Source: Geosiphon pyriformis uo1 (taxonomy: Eukaryota; Fungi; Glomeromycota). Taken from it: DNA of 64,000 nt. The stretch covers positions 1 to 64,000 of the forward strand of contig JAAOMT010000025.1 of NCBI GenBank assembly GCA_016748015.1, in the 5' to 3' direction. The notes beneath the pieces are model-generated. The model saw nothing but the letters and a program-made list of their open reading frames with translations, was not told the DNA's origin and searched no databases. This document shows positions 24,576 to 40,029 of the stretch, piece after piece. The stretch's first letter is position 1; the number at the start of each line of letters is the position of its first letter. The position numbers were made by a program, and so were the translations under genes.

Positions 24576-26635
24576 TTAAAAAAATAAAGTAATTATCAAT
24601 TTATTTTTATTGTTTTTATAATATTTAAAAGTTTTTTGTATTAGATATTATAATTATTAAATAGTTTATTATAGAAAAAATCAGAATTTATAAATTGACT
24701 TAACTATAGTTTAATTTTATTATTAGCTTTTTTTTTTTTTTCTATAATATATTAATATAATTTTATTATTTTTGTTTTATAGTCTATTTTTTTGAAATTT
24801 TTTACAAATTATAAACTTTTAAAAAAAATTTATTAATTAAATATTAGTTTAATAACTTTATGATATAATTTTCTAGTCTAATTTTTTATTATTTTTATTT
24901 CTATTATTAAAATTCTAGTCTTTATTAAAGCATATTTAAGTTTTAATTATATTTAAAACTTAATAACTTTTTATTAGTCTTAAATTTATAGTTATTTTTT
25001 AAAGTATATTTTTATTCTAATTATATTACTCAAATTATGATTAAAATTTATTTGTTATTAAAAGTATTATAAACAGATTATGTTTTATTTCTGTTTTTTA
25101 ATATATTTTATGTAAATTTAAACGGTTTTTATTACTAATATTAATATTTACACAAAGCATTTTTTTAGTTTTTTATAAAAGTTTTTTAGAATTCTAATTA
25201 TTATTATTATTATTTTAAAAAAAATTAATATTTTTTTTAGAAAACAATTTCTAAATATATATTTTTTATGCAAATTAATAATTAGTTTTTTACTTTGATT
25301 TATATTATAATATCAAAAAAATCAATAATTAAACTTTATATTTGTTAGTATAAATAATTAAATATTTTTTTATGTAAAATTATAATTTAATTATTAAGTG
25401 ATTTATTTAAAAAAAAAATTTCAAAAGTTTTTGTTTTATTTTTTTAATAATTACAAAAACTACAATTTTAATAAATTAAAAAAAATACTTATAAAAGTTA
25501 ATAATAAATTTAAAAGATTTAGTTCAGAATAATGCCTAAAAACAAATATATAAATAAATTAATATTAATAAATTAATTAGAAAAAAAACTGGTTTTTGGT
25601 TTTATAATTGAAATATATAGTTTTATAATTATTTTTTAACAAGTTTTTAGATATTAACATTAATAATTTAGTAAAATTAAAAATTATTTATTATAAAATT
25701 AGTAAAATATTTTTTTAAATTGATATAAATTATTATTAAAGTTAATAATAATTATTAATACATAATTGTTATAAATAAGTAAATATTAAAAAGCATTAAA
25801 AATAAAATATTAAATTTTTTAAATTAAGATTTTTAAAAATTTTGGTAAATTTAATAAAAAAATTAATTAAAATTCAAAAAATAAAAACAGTTATAATAAT
25901 TTATAACACTAAATAATAATTATTATATAATAAAATACCAATTTTTTAGGCTTTAATATAAATAAACTGTTTAATTAACTTTGTTTATAAAGTTATATAT
26001 AAAAAATTAATAGAGTTTTATAACTATAAAAAAATATTTTCTTAATAATTTTGCTGTTATATTAAATATTAAGATAATTTTAATTATAATATTATAATAA
26101 TACTAATTTGTTAATTTATATTTTTAATAAATAATATGCTTTATGTAAACTATTATATAAAAAATTGTGAAATATTTTCTAATTACTATAAAAATTAAGA
26201 TTTTTTTGGTCTAAAAAATAAAATAAAAAACTTTTTTATATTTAATAAAACTTTTAGTACTTGTTATATTTTTTACTAATATATTTTTTATTAAATAACT
26301 TAATATTATTTTACTTCTATATAAGTTTTTGTTTTATAAATATCTATAATTAATAATTAAAAAAAATTTGTTAATATTTAACAAAATAATTTAATACTTG
26401 CTATATTTTATACTAAGATAATTTTTATTAAAATAATTCAATATTGTTTTATCTTTATATTAGTTTTTATTTTATAAATATTTATGACCAATATTTAAAA
26501 AAACTTTTTAGTATCTAACAAAATATTTTAGCATTTGCTGTATTTTTATGTTAACAAATTTTTTATCAATTAATATATTTTATATAAATCTTTATATTTT
26601 GTAAACTGCATAAAATTAATACTTAATAAAAAAAA
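24576..26635. other. Extremely AT-rich non-coding spacer
   Basis: Very few G/C; no ORF of 60 aa or more in the ORF track; similar shorter tracts at 1-480, 7300-7680, 53430-53520 and 55806-55920. Confidence 0.85.
26221..26575. repeat. Degenerate 137-bp tandem repeat (~2.6 units)
   Basis: TACTTGTTATATT at 26258, TACTTGCTATATT at 26395 and CATTTGCTGTATT at 26532, with colinear flanks. Confidence 0.75.
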
Positions 26636-26753
26636 CTTATTTTTTTCTTATGTCTAAATTTTCCAAAGAGCAATTTTTTTGAAAAAAATTTTTTTATTTT
26701 GTCTTCCTATTTATATTATTTTCAATATTTTTCAAGGTAATAATCCTTTTATA

Positions 26754-28620
26754 ATGAATTTAAAGACTGTTTTAAATAGTAATATGTTAAAAAAAAAAGC
26801 TTTTAAAGATGTTTTTTATGATTCTGTTGTTAGTATTTTCTCTCAAAAAAAAAGATCTCTGTTGGCAATATTAAATACTCTAAAAATAAAATAAAATTTT
26901 TTTAATCAAACTTAATATTGTTAATAATGTCATATTTGAATATAAATAGTGTGTTTAGTAATAATAAGATTGGTAATACTATAGTAAATTCAGGTAGTAG
27001 TTTTCTTCATGGTTTGACTGCAACAACTTCCAAAGCTAGAAAAATTAATATGAGTTTGAATAGTGGCTCTTTTATTAATATAATTGACCTTATAATAGAT
27101 AAAAAAAAAGTTCTCTCTTTTTTTCTCTTAATATTTTTCTTGACAAAAAGTGGATTGACCTTAAAATAGTAAAAACTCAGATCAAAGTAACTGTTAAGAA
27201 ATTTTTTACATTAGACATTAATCTATTAGCTATAAAAAAAAATTAGCAACAGCAAAAATTTAGCTTATTAGAAAAATTTTTCAGCAATTAATAGTTTTGG
27301 GAAGACTATTATTCCCTCAAAATTTAAAAAGATCATTAGATCTATGTTTTCATTAGAAAAAAGCATGGAAAAGACTGTATTATTGGCTAAGAAAAAAAGA
27401 ATCAAAGTAAATAGCAATCTTAAAAAACAAAAAATTAATTCAAATTAAGCTGTAGTATCAAGAAGATTCTTATAGATATGTTAAAAGAATGATTGTTATT
27501 GCAATAACTGAGTTTGATAAAATAGTGTTAATCTGATTATAACTAATTGGGTTATAACAAAAAACTGTAGTAGAATTTATCAAATTAAATTAGTCTGAAC
27601 AGTTGGCATTAAAATAGTTTTTCTTAATTGGGAAGAATTTGGTACATGTGGCTATGGCCATAGAAAATTGTAGTACTTAGATGTTTAGAGATTGTTTTAG
27701 GGTGCTTTTATTTACTTTTTTCATGGAAACCACTACTTATAATCTTGAATTTCTTTTGAAAAAAGCTGATGAAAATACTTGTATTATTAATCAATTATTT
27801 GAGACTGGCAATAAAATCCATTGTACAATAATTGGTTTTAAATTTAATAAGAAATTAAAATTTGTTTTCTGTATAAAGCCAAATTTTGGTAATATAAAAC
27901 TATCTTGAACTAAAATAGATTTGATTTGATGCAAAAAGTATGGGAAGTTTAAACATTTTGCTTTAATGTGTGATATACTAAATACATTTACTTTTAAGCT
28001 TTTGAAAATATTTAAAAGAATTGCTTTAGATGCAAATTGTCTTTAATTGGCTAAATTGTATACAAAAAAGTGTTTCTATCTTTTATCTTGCTGCCTTTGG
28101 TGACAAATCTTGGACACAGATGGTTTCATTTGCTGTCATTTCTAATAATACTCCAGTTTTGGTTTTGAATTCTTTTCTTTTAATAGATTATATATTAAAA
28201 AAAGTTTTATAGTTGCTTAAAATAATTTATATATTAGTGTTTACTTGGCTTTTTTAGAACGTTTTTTAGAGCTTTTGGCTAATCAAGTATCTTAAGTATT
28301 GTGTAAAAACTAAGCAGTATAGACCTGGTGCTCTTGGTGTCCACTTCTTAATTTTTTTTTGATGTGTTTGTTTTTCTGAATTTAGGGTTAAATTTGGATA
28401 TGACTTTGAACAATTTATTTAAGCTGTTTGCTTTTTTTTCTTCAATTGCAAATAATATGGTTTTAAATTTGGGTTTGAGCAGTTTAAAAGTCTTGACTAT
28501 TAAGATAGATAGATTAAATCTAAAATAGTGGTTTTTAAAGTTTTTGTCAGTTCAGTTTTGGTGAGATTAAATTAATTGTATACTGGTTCAGATTTTTTAA
28601 CATTTTTTTTATTTAAATAA
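26754..28620 (+). pseudogene. LINE copy 3 ORF1
   Basis: MNLKTVLNSNMLKKKAFKDVFY...SQKK homologous to copies 1 and 2. Confidence 0.8.
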
Positions 28621-31600
28621 CTGATTTAGTTTGGAAGTTTACTACATGTTATGTTCAAGGTCTTAACATTCCTACAAAGCAGAAAAACAGTGTTTATTGG
28701 TATGTAAACTTGAGTAATATGATTTTAATTATCACAGAAACAAAATTGAAATCTAATATTAGGCTTTAACTATTAAACAAGTTTGATAAGATGCAGATTT
28801 TCATATCTGGTTTAGATAAAAATTTTTTTAGTACTAAGATAACTATTATTGTAAACAATTTTTTGGTTTAATATGTTTTTAAGGTAGAGAAAATTCCTGG
28901 TTAAATTATTTCAGTAAGGCTTCTGTTTAAAAAGAAATTGTTAGTTATAATCTTAAGTTTATATGTTAATGCTTTTGCTAAAGTAAGATTTAATCAGGCA
29001 TCAAAAGTCAATTTTTTTATTGCCAAAACAGTTAACTCCAATACTTTTATGGTAGTGGGTAGAAACTTCAATAAAAATAGTTTAAAAAGAAGTACAAGTT
29101 TTAAATTTTGTTTGAATTTGGATTTGGTCAACTTATTTAGTAGGTATTTATTGGTTAAAGCTTTAACTTGGAGCAATTTAAAAGGTGTCAAAAAAGTTAA
29201 TTCTGTGTTCACATTTTTCAACACAAATCACAAAGCTGTCTTAGTGTTGATTGATTTGGATAGGCTCTTGGGTGTTTATTTAAATGACTTATACAAACAA
29301 GCTAATAAAAGTTATTGAAAGTTTAAAATTAAGGATACAGATTATGCCAAGTAAATACAATTTAAAGAATGCTTTTCTGTCAAGCTTTTGGTAATAGAGA
29401 ATAAGTTTTCAAATACTAAGACTTGTAGTGATTTGAATATTATGTAGATACTGATAAAATATTTTCAAAACATTGGTTCAGTAAATTTTAGTATTCAAAA
29501 AACAAGCAGTTTTCTAAGTTTTTTGGATTAGAACTTTTGATTGTCAAAATTGTTAGAAAGTTAGATTTAGATAACATGTTTGGATTTGATTGTTTTATTA
29601 AAAAATGGTCAACTTTGGGTAGAAATAAGACTATTATAATTGTAAACATAATATGAAATAGTAAAAAGTTTATGAATATCATTAAATATTTGTCATCTGT
29701 TTATAAAGAGTACAGAAGATTTAAGATATACAAGTTAAAATTGGCTGAAGAGGTGGTTATCAAAAAAGCAATTAAGAAACACATAAAAAATTTTAGTTCT
29801 AATAAAGATGGTATGATTAAGAGCATTTTGAATCAGCTTTTCACAAAGTAGTTTTGGATTATTTAATGGTAGATAGTAAGCTAATTTTGAAGCTAGAAGA
29901 GATAAAGCTCAGTGTTTATATGATTATGAAAAGTTGGATAAGGAAGAAGATTGTGTTTGTAACAATATCTGATCTTTGGGCTTGTTAATATGTACTGTTA
30001 AATTACATAAGAGATGATGTTTTTTCTGGTGTAATAAGAAAAGTCAGTATAGAAAAATTGTTTTTGGTTATTAATAGTTTGCTTAATGGCAAGGCTGTTA
30101 ACTTGTCTGGCATTTTTAATGAACTTTAGAAGCATAATAACAATAAGATAATAAAATGTTTTTTGGATTTGTTGAATACATGTTTGTCTATTGGTAGTGT
30201 ATTTGCTTTATAGAAAAAAACTTAGATCTTAATAATTCCTAAATTTTATGATTGGAATAAGGTTCTCATTAATACTCAACCTATTGCCTTGATTAAAATT
30301 GCCAGAAAGATTGTTTCTAAGATTTTATCTAATTGGATTTTATTTGCATGTAACAAGTTTAATGTTCTTTATAATTATAATTTTTTGGTTTTAAAGAGTA
30401 TATTTACTTAGTTTTTTGTGTTTGTTGTTAGATTAATAATTAAAAATGCTTTAAAAAAAAATAAGAAACTCTAGTTGGTCTCACAAGATATGTGCAAAGC
30501 ATATGACTCAGTTGGTTGACACCATTTAAAGACTAGCTTGTGATGGAATCAAATGTGTAATAAATTTATCAAATTTTTTGGCAGTATACACAAAAATAGA
30601 GTCAATAGAGTGATAACTAATTTTGGTTTTTTGGGTGGTTATAAAGTGCACAATAGATTGGATTAAAATAAAGTTTTCTTGTCTTTTCTGTAGTAAATTT
30701 TTTACAATTCACTCTTGTGTGAAATTAAAAGACATAAACAGTTGTATAAATACTGAATTAATATTAAGTTTATGGCAAAAACTGGCAGGATTGAAAACAG
30801 TAATAAGATGCTCTTCTTTTTCACAGCTGGTATATTTGTTAATAATACAATTTGAATTAGGAATAGTCAGACTTCTATACAGTATACTTTGAACATTTTT
30901 AGTGAATTTTTTATAATCAATAATATTTTGATCAACAATGAAAAAATAGTAACTATTTCTATTAATCAGAATGTTAGAATTGTTTTTTTAAATATTAGCA
31001 GTCAGTTGATTTTAATTGCTAAAAAGAGTAAAGCACATAAATTTTTAAGAATCTTTTTGTTGACTAAAGAATTGTCCAAGCCAAGTATAGCCAAGACTTA
31101 TTCTGATGTTCAGTTTTTTATTAATGTAGTGTTCAGGAAAGCTATTATAGATAAGCAGTTCTCTTATTTGGTATTAGTTGTTCTGCAATCCATAGTTAGT
31201 TATAGAACTTAGTTTAGTTTTGTCTTATCAAGTATGTGTTACAAATAAAATAATATAATTAGAAAAAGCTTTAAGTTTAAAGTCTGCTTGCTCCATAATC
31301 TCTCTAGTAAGGTTTTACATCATTATTTTTTGTATGGTCTGAAATCATTTAAGCAAATGCAATTTGAAAGAAAATTGACTATCTTGATTTTTTTTTCTAA
31401 TGCTTTTAGTTGGACATTTATTTAATCATAGATTTTTAAATTTACAGATTATAAATTGAACTTTTCTAAATTTTTTGCAATTTTTTATCAAGTTATATAT
31501 TAGTCTAGTAAACAATTTTTTAGCTGGGGTGATAAAGTTTTTTTTTGCTAATAAGTTATTTTGATAAACAATCTTCTTAATGCTTTTTATAGTTCTGGTA

Positions 31601-32893
31601 ATTTTTCTATGTCAGTAATTTTAGGGAAGATCTTGTATTTTGGCTTTGTTTATTCTTTGAAACACTTTGAAATTGCTTTTAGTAATAGGTTTTTTGATAA
31701 AAAAAGTGTTGTAATGAACTGGATGACTTTTTATTGATGGAAAATATTAGATCTTAAAGGCCCTGTGTTTTATTGGTTTGAGTTTATATCTAAATTTTTG
31801 CATGATAAAAATTTTTTGTTGAGTAATTTTGCTAAAATCAATCAGTTATTAGACTTAAAAATTTTGGAATCCAAGAGGTTTTTTAACATTTGGAATAGTT
31901 TACATGAAATTTGGTTTGGCTTATTTGATGTTTATACAGATAATTTATTAAAAGATGGTGGCTTTGCTAATATAACTAGTAAACAGCTGTGTATTTTTTT
32001 GCTATAGATATAGATATTGAAATTGGAGTATATAGGCTTTTGTCATCTACTATGGCTGAATTACAGACTGTTGCTCTGTTCTTAAAGTGTATTCCATTTT
32101 TCTGCATGATAATTTTGTACTTTAACAGCCAAGTTGCAATTAATACATGTGTGTTTGAGATGTTGTTTGTTGTATTAGACTTTTATAATTGTTGTTGGTT
32201 AGAAAAAAAACATATTGTTAATTTGATTAGAGATAAGAATTTTATAGTAAGATAAGTAAAAGTCAAAAGTTATTTAAAAGTGTCTAATAATGTAAAGACT
32301 AATGCTATAGTAGATAAAACTGTTTATTTTTCTTTTTTTTTGTTAGTAGAAGTGCGAAAATGTTTTTGGGTTGCTGAAAATACTGTTGTATTAGGCAATA
32401 CTTATTATTTTATTAGAAATTTGTTTAGATCTATTTGTTATATTTATTAAGAAACTGGTTCTGGTCATAATGTAATTCTGAATTAACTAAAGATATAGAT
32501 TAAACTACTACTGTAAGAATATAATATTCTGATTTACATATGTTTTCTGAGTTTATTAGTTGAAAGTCTTCTAATCTGTGTATATATTTAATAAAAGCTA
32601 TATATAAATGACTACTAATAGTAGTTAAAAAAAATTGTATGATAAATGATATTCTGGTATACTATGTTTGCTGTGTGATAAAATGGAGTTCTCTGATCAT
32701 GCTTTTACATGTGTTTAGGATGTTAATATTTAAAAAAAAATTTTAATTAAAGTATTTGTGTATTGAATTGCTTTGGTAAAAGTTTGTGATCTGTCTTCTT
32801 TTATTATTTTGTGAACACTTTCTAGATTTTTTTCAGATATAAGTCTGTATACAATAGTTTGTAAGAAATTTGTGTTAAGAGATTAATATACAG
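28617..32893 (+). pseudogene. pol: LINE copy 3 ORF2 (APE, RT, RNase H); its C-terminus continues at 42973-43288
   Basis: GRNFN, QDMCKAYDSV, FVNN (decayed FVDD), VYTDNL and AELQ. Confidence 0.85.
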
Positions 32894-33765
32894 TATTATT
32901 AGTAGAATATAGAAAATATATTAACATATAAATTAGCCAATCAAAAGTAGCTGTAGTAAATGTGGAATTTCAGAATTTCTCTCAGAATAATTGCAAAATT
33001 CTAGGAATTTCAAGATTCTCATACAAGAAATTACAGAATTGCAAAATTCCAGAATTTTTTTCAAAAGAATTGCAGGATTCCAAGAATTTTAGGATTTTTG
33101 GTGTGAAAAATTGAGAAATTAAAGAATCTCAATTATGTATATATAGCAGTAGTATTAGAAGTAAAAGGAACAGATCTCTTAGTTTGGATTTGATCTAAGC
33201 AATCTTTTTATTCACAAATATCAATAAATAATTATTTACTATCTTAATTTATTCCCCACTATTAACACTTCATGTTGATAGTAATTGATATCTAACCACA
33301 CTAAAACAATAACTCTTGATCATGGCTATTGATGAGATATTAACTTGCAATTGCCTTGGTTTATTTTCTTTATTTTTTTTGTTATCTCTTTTATTTTTTT
33401 TTCTGTATTTTTATTTGTTGTGTACTAATTGATTAAAAAATTAAAACACTGAGTTATTGACATTATGAATAGCCTGGTAAAAGACCTAGAAATAAGGGTA
33501 GAATTATATATAGATTAATGGATAATTTACCAGAAGAGCATGACTGTTAGATTAAACCAGCCACCATGCTGAAGACAAAAATTGGGAAAATGACTTGAGA
33601 AATCAACCAAAACCAACTATAAGAATCTCTGTTTATTATATAAAAAACTTAACCAAAACCTTCAGATACTAACAATCTTCAGATATCACCAACTATTTCA
33701 AGCTATTAAACACCAAGTTACAGGTTTGTTATTTGCTTTGAGACTCCAAATAATTACCTATAATA
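32894..33765 (+). repeat. Gypsy A2 5' LTR
   Basis: 872 bp; direct repeat of 42110-42968. Confidence 0.93.
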
Positions 33766-33797
33766 TTTGGTGCTCTTTGTAAGATATAATCCTACAG

Positions 33798-36700
33798 AAA
33801 ACCAGTACCAACACACAACCATCTAAAAGTGGCAGAACTAAAAAAAATAGGGACAAACTATTTAGGATTTACCAAATTCTTATTCCAATACTACTTTCTA
33901 CATTTGGAATTAACCAACAATTACCTATTAGCAGAATTAGCCTTCAACTTTTATGTCAACAAAAGAATTTTATATTTGTTAAAAGTACTAATAGAAACCA
34001 ATTTAGCAAGTAGAAATTTTTACAATGAATTAATTCAAAATACCAGCCTACAAACAAACTATAACTTCACAGCAATCTTTACTAAAATCAATAAAAAAAT
34101 TGAATATCACACTCAGCAAAGATATCTAATCACTTACACAAATAAGAGTAAAGAAAAACTACAAACACCAACAGTAATACCCCAAGAGATACAACTATCC
34201 ACTTGGAAGAAAACAAGAGTTAAATCACCAACTAAATCATCATATCACTATACATCTGAAAGTGCCATCAATATTTTGTTAGCAAACATGTCTACATCAA
34301 ACACAATATCAACATTTGAACAACTCCTATTTTAAAGTAAACAAAAAAAAGCAAAATTGTTAGGAACTTACAGTAATTACTTTGAAAAATTCAAATCACA
34401 ATCTCCAACACCATCAGAATTTCAATTACCACCATTTTAACCAGATTTCAAAGCCACAAGTTCTTGGAAAATAACCAAATCAGAAGAAAAGGAGAACAAT
34501 AATCAGAAATTTAATTACCAGAATCTGATTGTAGAAAACCTGGAAATTGAAACCCTGAATATTCAAACTCAGAAAAATTGGAACAATACTAACCCTAATA
34601 ATTAGCAAAATCAGAACAATCTAAACTCTAACATTAATAATTAACAACACTTATCTTTAGTAATTGTTATCAACCCACCACCAGTTGCTGCATAACAACA
34701 GCCACCACCACAACCTCAAATTCAGTTACCACTCCAATAACAACAACAACAACAACCAAACTTAGATCCAATAGTCTATGCCCCAATAGCAAAACTTGAA
34801 AGGTTCACAGGTAAAAAAGATGACATCCAAATATGGCTCAACAATATTAAAAAAGCCATCACAGCCAATAGATAAAATGACACAAAAGTCTTTCAAGTCA
34901 TTCCATATTTTCTTTAGGATACTGCTGACTTGTGATATTAAAAACTCCAAACTTTTGATGCATTCAAGCTAGAATTTCTAAGATATTTTAGTAATAACAA
35001 CAGCATTAATTGCTTGGCTAATACATTTACTACTATTAAGCAAGAAGACACAGAAACAGTTACCATTTACTTGAAATAGTTTCATCAAAATCTATACTAA
35101 ATCCAAGCCATTGACACTGATTATTTCACAGTAGCCCAAATTTTGAATCAGTTTATCCACAGATTACACAGTAGCATATTGCACATGTACATCCATTACA
35201 TCCAGCCAATTTTCAAGCTATAATTACCCATACCAGAGATTTTGAAGCCACTGAATTAGAAGCCAATCATGCCCAAGCCATTAATCTAATAATGAATAGA
35301 TCATCTGAATTGAATTCTAAATTAAAACAATTCAGTAATTTAATTAATCAGAAACTAGAAAAATACTTAACTGACAATTGTGCAATTTATCAGCCACTAC
35401 AATGATGCAATAATTCAGGAAACATAAATCGTTTCCAAAATCAGTCACATTCCTCATCCTCAATCAATCAACAATGACAACAAAAAACATGTAATTGTCA
35501 CTATTGTGGAAAACAAAGACACTTACAAATTAACTGCCACTGTTGCTTAAATAACCAATGATTGGGAAATCTATATTGAAACCCTGATTGCCAGTTTCAA
35601 ACTCCGAGTTACCAACCAAATTCAGAACCATACCATCAAAATTACTTACTAATAATACAGCAACCAATATATCAACTGCCAATATATCAGACTTCAGCAC
35701 CCATAATATATCAACTGCAGCCACAAGTAATATATCAGTCTTAACAAACTTAAACACCACCACAAAACTTATCTCAAAATGAAACCCAAAGGCTGAGAAT
35801 AACACAACAAAGCTGGAGATCAGCAATAGTAGTTCATCAACCAATCTCCAGTTCTTTAACCCAATAATTAGGATCTTGACAGTGGAATTCAGACACTGAG
35901 TACACTTAAAACCCAAATTTTCAATACTATTTAAGTCTTCTAGTAACCCCAGAAGACATCTTATCCAATAACCAGAAAACCAACTACAACCAAATACCTA
36001 TCAACAACATTTCACCAGCCACTGTTATAGAAGACAAATCACTTACAGCTATATTTTTCTTTGAAATCAAGAAACTGTTAGAAATTTTTTTGTTCAGTAA
36101 AGCCACATTCGAAGAAAAATTCATTACTACAATATACACTGATGTCAAAGTTAATGGCCACTTTATCAAACTGATCCTAGATAGTGGATCAGCTAGCAGT
36201 ATTATTATAAGACAACTTATAAACCAATTAGGTCACTGAGTTGATTGAGCTGCTAGTGCAAGGATAATTATAGCTGATAGAGCCACCAAGACTCTTATTG
36301 ATAAAATAAATAACTTATTTATTGAAGTCAATGACATTATTATACCAATCAAGGTATTAGTTATAAAAGCCACCCAATACCAAGCATTTGTTGATAATGA
36401 TTGGCTGTCCAAAACAAATATGATGCTTGAATAAACCACTTAGGAGTTACAACTTAGTCAGAATGGATAACATATACAAGTACCAGCAACATGTGATCAT
36501 TTCAAACCCAGCACCAATGTGCTAGCACCACTCATCAAGTTTGATGACAAAAAAAAAACCTATCTAAGAAGCTTACCAAGTTTTCTGGACTAACAAAAAC
36601 CACAACAAGCTATCACCAATTTTGATTTGAGATAACAGCAGAAAGAGAAAGCAAAAAGAAAAACTTATTTGAAACACCAACCAAACATTGTGGAATGACA

Positions 36701-39700
36701 GCAATCATAATGAACTGCTGCCAAATTGGGAGTGGAAAAAAAATAATAATAAAGGAAAAGGAAAAAAAAAAAAAAACCCAATATTAACTACCACTTATAG
36801 TCCATATACTTACACTTTACCACAATCATCTAACTATTGCCAACTGAAACTAGTATGCATCGATTGCAGCAAAAAATTGTTATCAATAGGTGTATGCTGT
36901 GGCAATAATAAAGAATACACAATGGCAACAAAATTCTATTGCTGTCCATGTGTTATAGAATGGTTTAGACGACCAAAAAGACAAGGAAAATGAGATAACA
37001 AATTTTGTTTCACCTGTGGAACCATTTTGTTTAACAAAGAAATGTGGAATGACATTTTTGGGCATGAAGGAACATGTGATGAAACATGCCAATATACCAT
37101 TCTAATAAATGACTGGATATGCAAAGGAATTCTAATTAACAACACCTAAAAAAAAGCATTATGATGGTTAGAAAAATATTCCCATAATAAACATAAGATC
37201 TGAAAAATAGCAAGCACAAAGACAGAAGGTGCCACAACCAGTGAGTTGTTAAAAATTAAAAACAATCTATTAATCCTTCCAGAACTCGAATATATTCTAA
37301 TGTTTAATGTTTTTGGCAATATTAAGGATGATCTTAAAGAATTCCACAAGCACTACTAACATCTGACACCAACAAGAGAAGAGCAAAAGCAATGTTTAAA
37401 ACAACTAAACACTTGACTATGTCAATACTGCTTAATCCCATGTAACTTCTAATATTGTAATAAGTATGACCTTATTTATAATCTACCACTATACATAATC
37501 TACACAATCCTAGAAAAAAAAGAACCAATCAGCAGCTGTGCATCTGAATCGAAATCTATTTTCAATCCCAATTTAAATTCTAACAATGAAGATGATAAAA
37601 ACACCAGTTCCAGTTCCATCTAAAATAGCAACCAAAATAACAACAATTCAAACTCAGACTTAAATCTTGAACAATATATTGTGCTCCCAGACCTTATCAA
37701 GAAGCAAAAACTTAAATGATTCAGTGATAATAATGAAAATATTATGCCAAAACAAGCACATAATACTGATACAGGATTTGATCTGAGATATCTGAAGAAA
37801 AAAATCATCAAATTGGAACCACATTTACACATATACATTGATTTAAAAGTAGCATTAAAAATTTTGGCAACAATGATAGTTCAGTTAGCATTCAGAAGTA
37901 GTTTAGTAAAAAGAGAAATTAATATCAAAGGAGAAATAATTGATGCAAAATATGTAGAAATATTATTGCAATGCTCTAAAATGACTCAAAAAAGGCCTAT
38001 ATAGTAGAGCCAAACAAAAAAATAGCACAGACAATATTTTTGCCTCTGATTAAAATAGCTCAATTAGTATTAGTGAGAAACAGAAAAAAATTAAGAATAA
38101 CAACAAGAGAGATTAGTGAATTTGGATCTATGGGTAAAATAGATATACTAGTTAATATAACAGAGGAAGAAGTTATTGACAAAAGAGAAATTATTTTCAA
38201 TTATCAATCAATTTTTATTCTACCATATAACTAGTACATGTTAGCCATAGAAAAGAAAGTAAAAAATCAAGCTCAAATTTTTGAAGCAAAAACTACAATG
38301 TGTAAATCAGGAAAAATTAGACTTACCAATCTTTACATATTAGCCAAAAGTTCAAAACATATCAAAATTCCCATCTATAATACAACAGAAAATGTTCTTG
38401 AAATACCAAAAAGAACTACCATTGAATATTTAAGCACTAAAATTGAAGAACAATTACCAAATCCCATTTCAGACTTTCCACAACTGTATGGATATGTGGA
38501 TATTATATCACAAACAATATACAGACAAGAAAAATGTTATTTGCTCTAACCAAAACAATTGGAACAGATAAATTTGAGAAATCTAGATCCACTACAATGT
38601 ATACAGCTTAAAATATTACTTAACAATTTCAATAACATCTTTGCCAGTGAAAATGAATTTGGCAGAACCAACATAATTTAGCATCAAATAAAAACTAAAG
38701 ATGTGATGCCAATTAAACAGAGAGCATATAAAGTACCACTAGCCAGCCATGAGATTATTTATCAAGAAATCAATCGGATGTTAGACAATAGATTAATTCA
38801 ACTATTAATAAGCCCATGGTTATTACCAGTAATATTAGTCTGTAAGAAAAATAGAAAAATCCACTTTTGTGTGGATTACTGGAAACTTAATAGAATAATC
38901 AAGAGAGATAGCTACTCAACTCCAAAAATTCAAGAACTTTTCAATGGTTTTGAAAGAAAAAAATGGCTTTTAACTTTAGACTTAAACAGTGGTTATTAAC
39001 AAGTAGCCATAAAACCAGAAGATAAAGAGAAAATGGCTTTTACAACACAAGAAGAGAATTTTGAATTTGAAATTATGCCATTTGGCTTGATGAATGCTCC
39101 CACCACATTTCAACAACTTATGGAAATAGTTTATACTGAACTGCTATAAAAATTAGTAGTTGTATATCTGGATGACACCAACATGTTTTCCAAAACATTC
39201 AATGATTATTTGCATCATCTACAACAAGTATTTAAAAGACTAAAAAGAGTAGAATTAAAGTTAAATACCAACAAATGCTTCTTTGGAAAAACAGAAATAA
39301 AATTCTTGGAACATGTAGTAAGCAAAAATAGAATCAAAATGAATCCAGACAAAATTGAGATAGTTAAAAATTTTCTAATATCTACCAACTTGACCAAATT
39401 ATGAGCATTCTTGAGATTTGTGAGATACTACTGCAACTTTATCAAAAACCTTTCTAAAATAGCTCAGCTATTACACCAGCTCCAAACAAAGAACACCAAG
39501 TATAATTGGACAAAAACCCAGCAAGAAGCTTTTGATACATTAAGAAAAAAGCTTATTCAAGTTCCAGTAGTGATCTATTCAGACCATAGTAAGCTATTTA
39601 TAATCACAACAAATACATTGGGTTAAGCATTGGGAGCAGTACTATTTCAGAAAAAACCAGATGGATGAGAACACCCAGTAGCTTATGCCAACAGAAGTTT

Positions 39701-39967
39701 AAATCCAGCTGAAAAGAACTATAGAACCCCAGTACTAAAACACTTAGCTATCTATTGGACTGTTATTAATAGAAAAAATACTTAAGTCAAAAGTTTGATG
39801 TTTATACTAATCATAAAAGATTGACTTCAATCCAAAAGCAAAAATTTGGAGATGATTACTATGTCAGATAGAAGATAGAACTTTCATCATTTAATTATAC
39901 AGTACATTAGAAAAAAGGAAAAGAAAATAGAAATGTTGACAGTTTATCATAAATAAGACAAATCTAA
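33798..39967 (+). pseudogene. gag-pol: Gypsy A2 gag-pol (CA, CCHC, PR, Cys-rich domain, dUTPase ~37710-38135, RT, RH)
   Basis: LILDSGS, DTGFDL, FRSSL, FCVDY and YLDD; ends RQI-TAA. Confidence 0.9.
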
Positions 39968-40029
39968 AAACATTTTAATCCAAAAATATAACAAAATCTA
40001 AACAGTCAAAAACAAAAATATAACAAAAG

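Noticed and set aside
35588-35945. Overlapping S/T/N-rich frame after the Gag knuckle (also 13990-14178), suggesting dual coding or a gag-pol frameshift
   Set aside because: Gag and protease are in one frame in A1 and B; shifted frames of CAA/CCA-rich sequence are naturally stop-poor, though a transframe product is not strictly excluded
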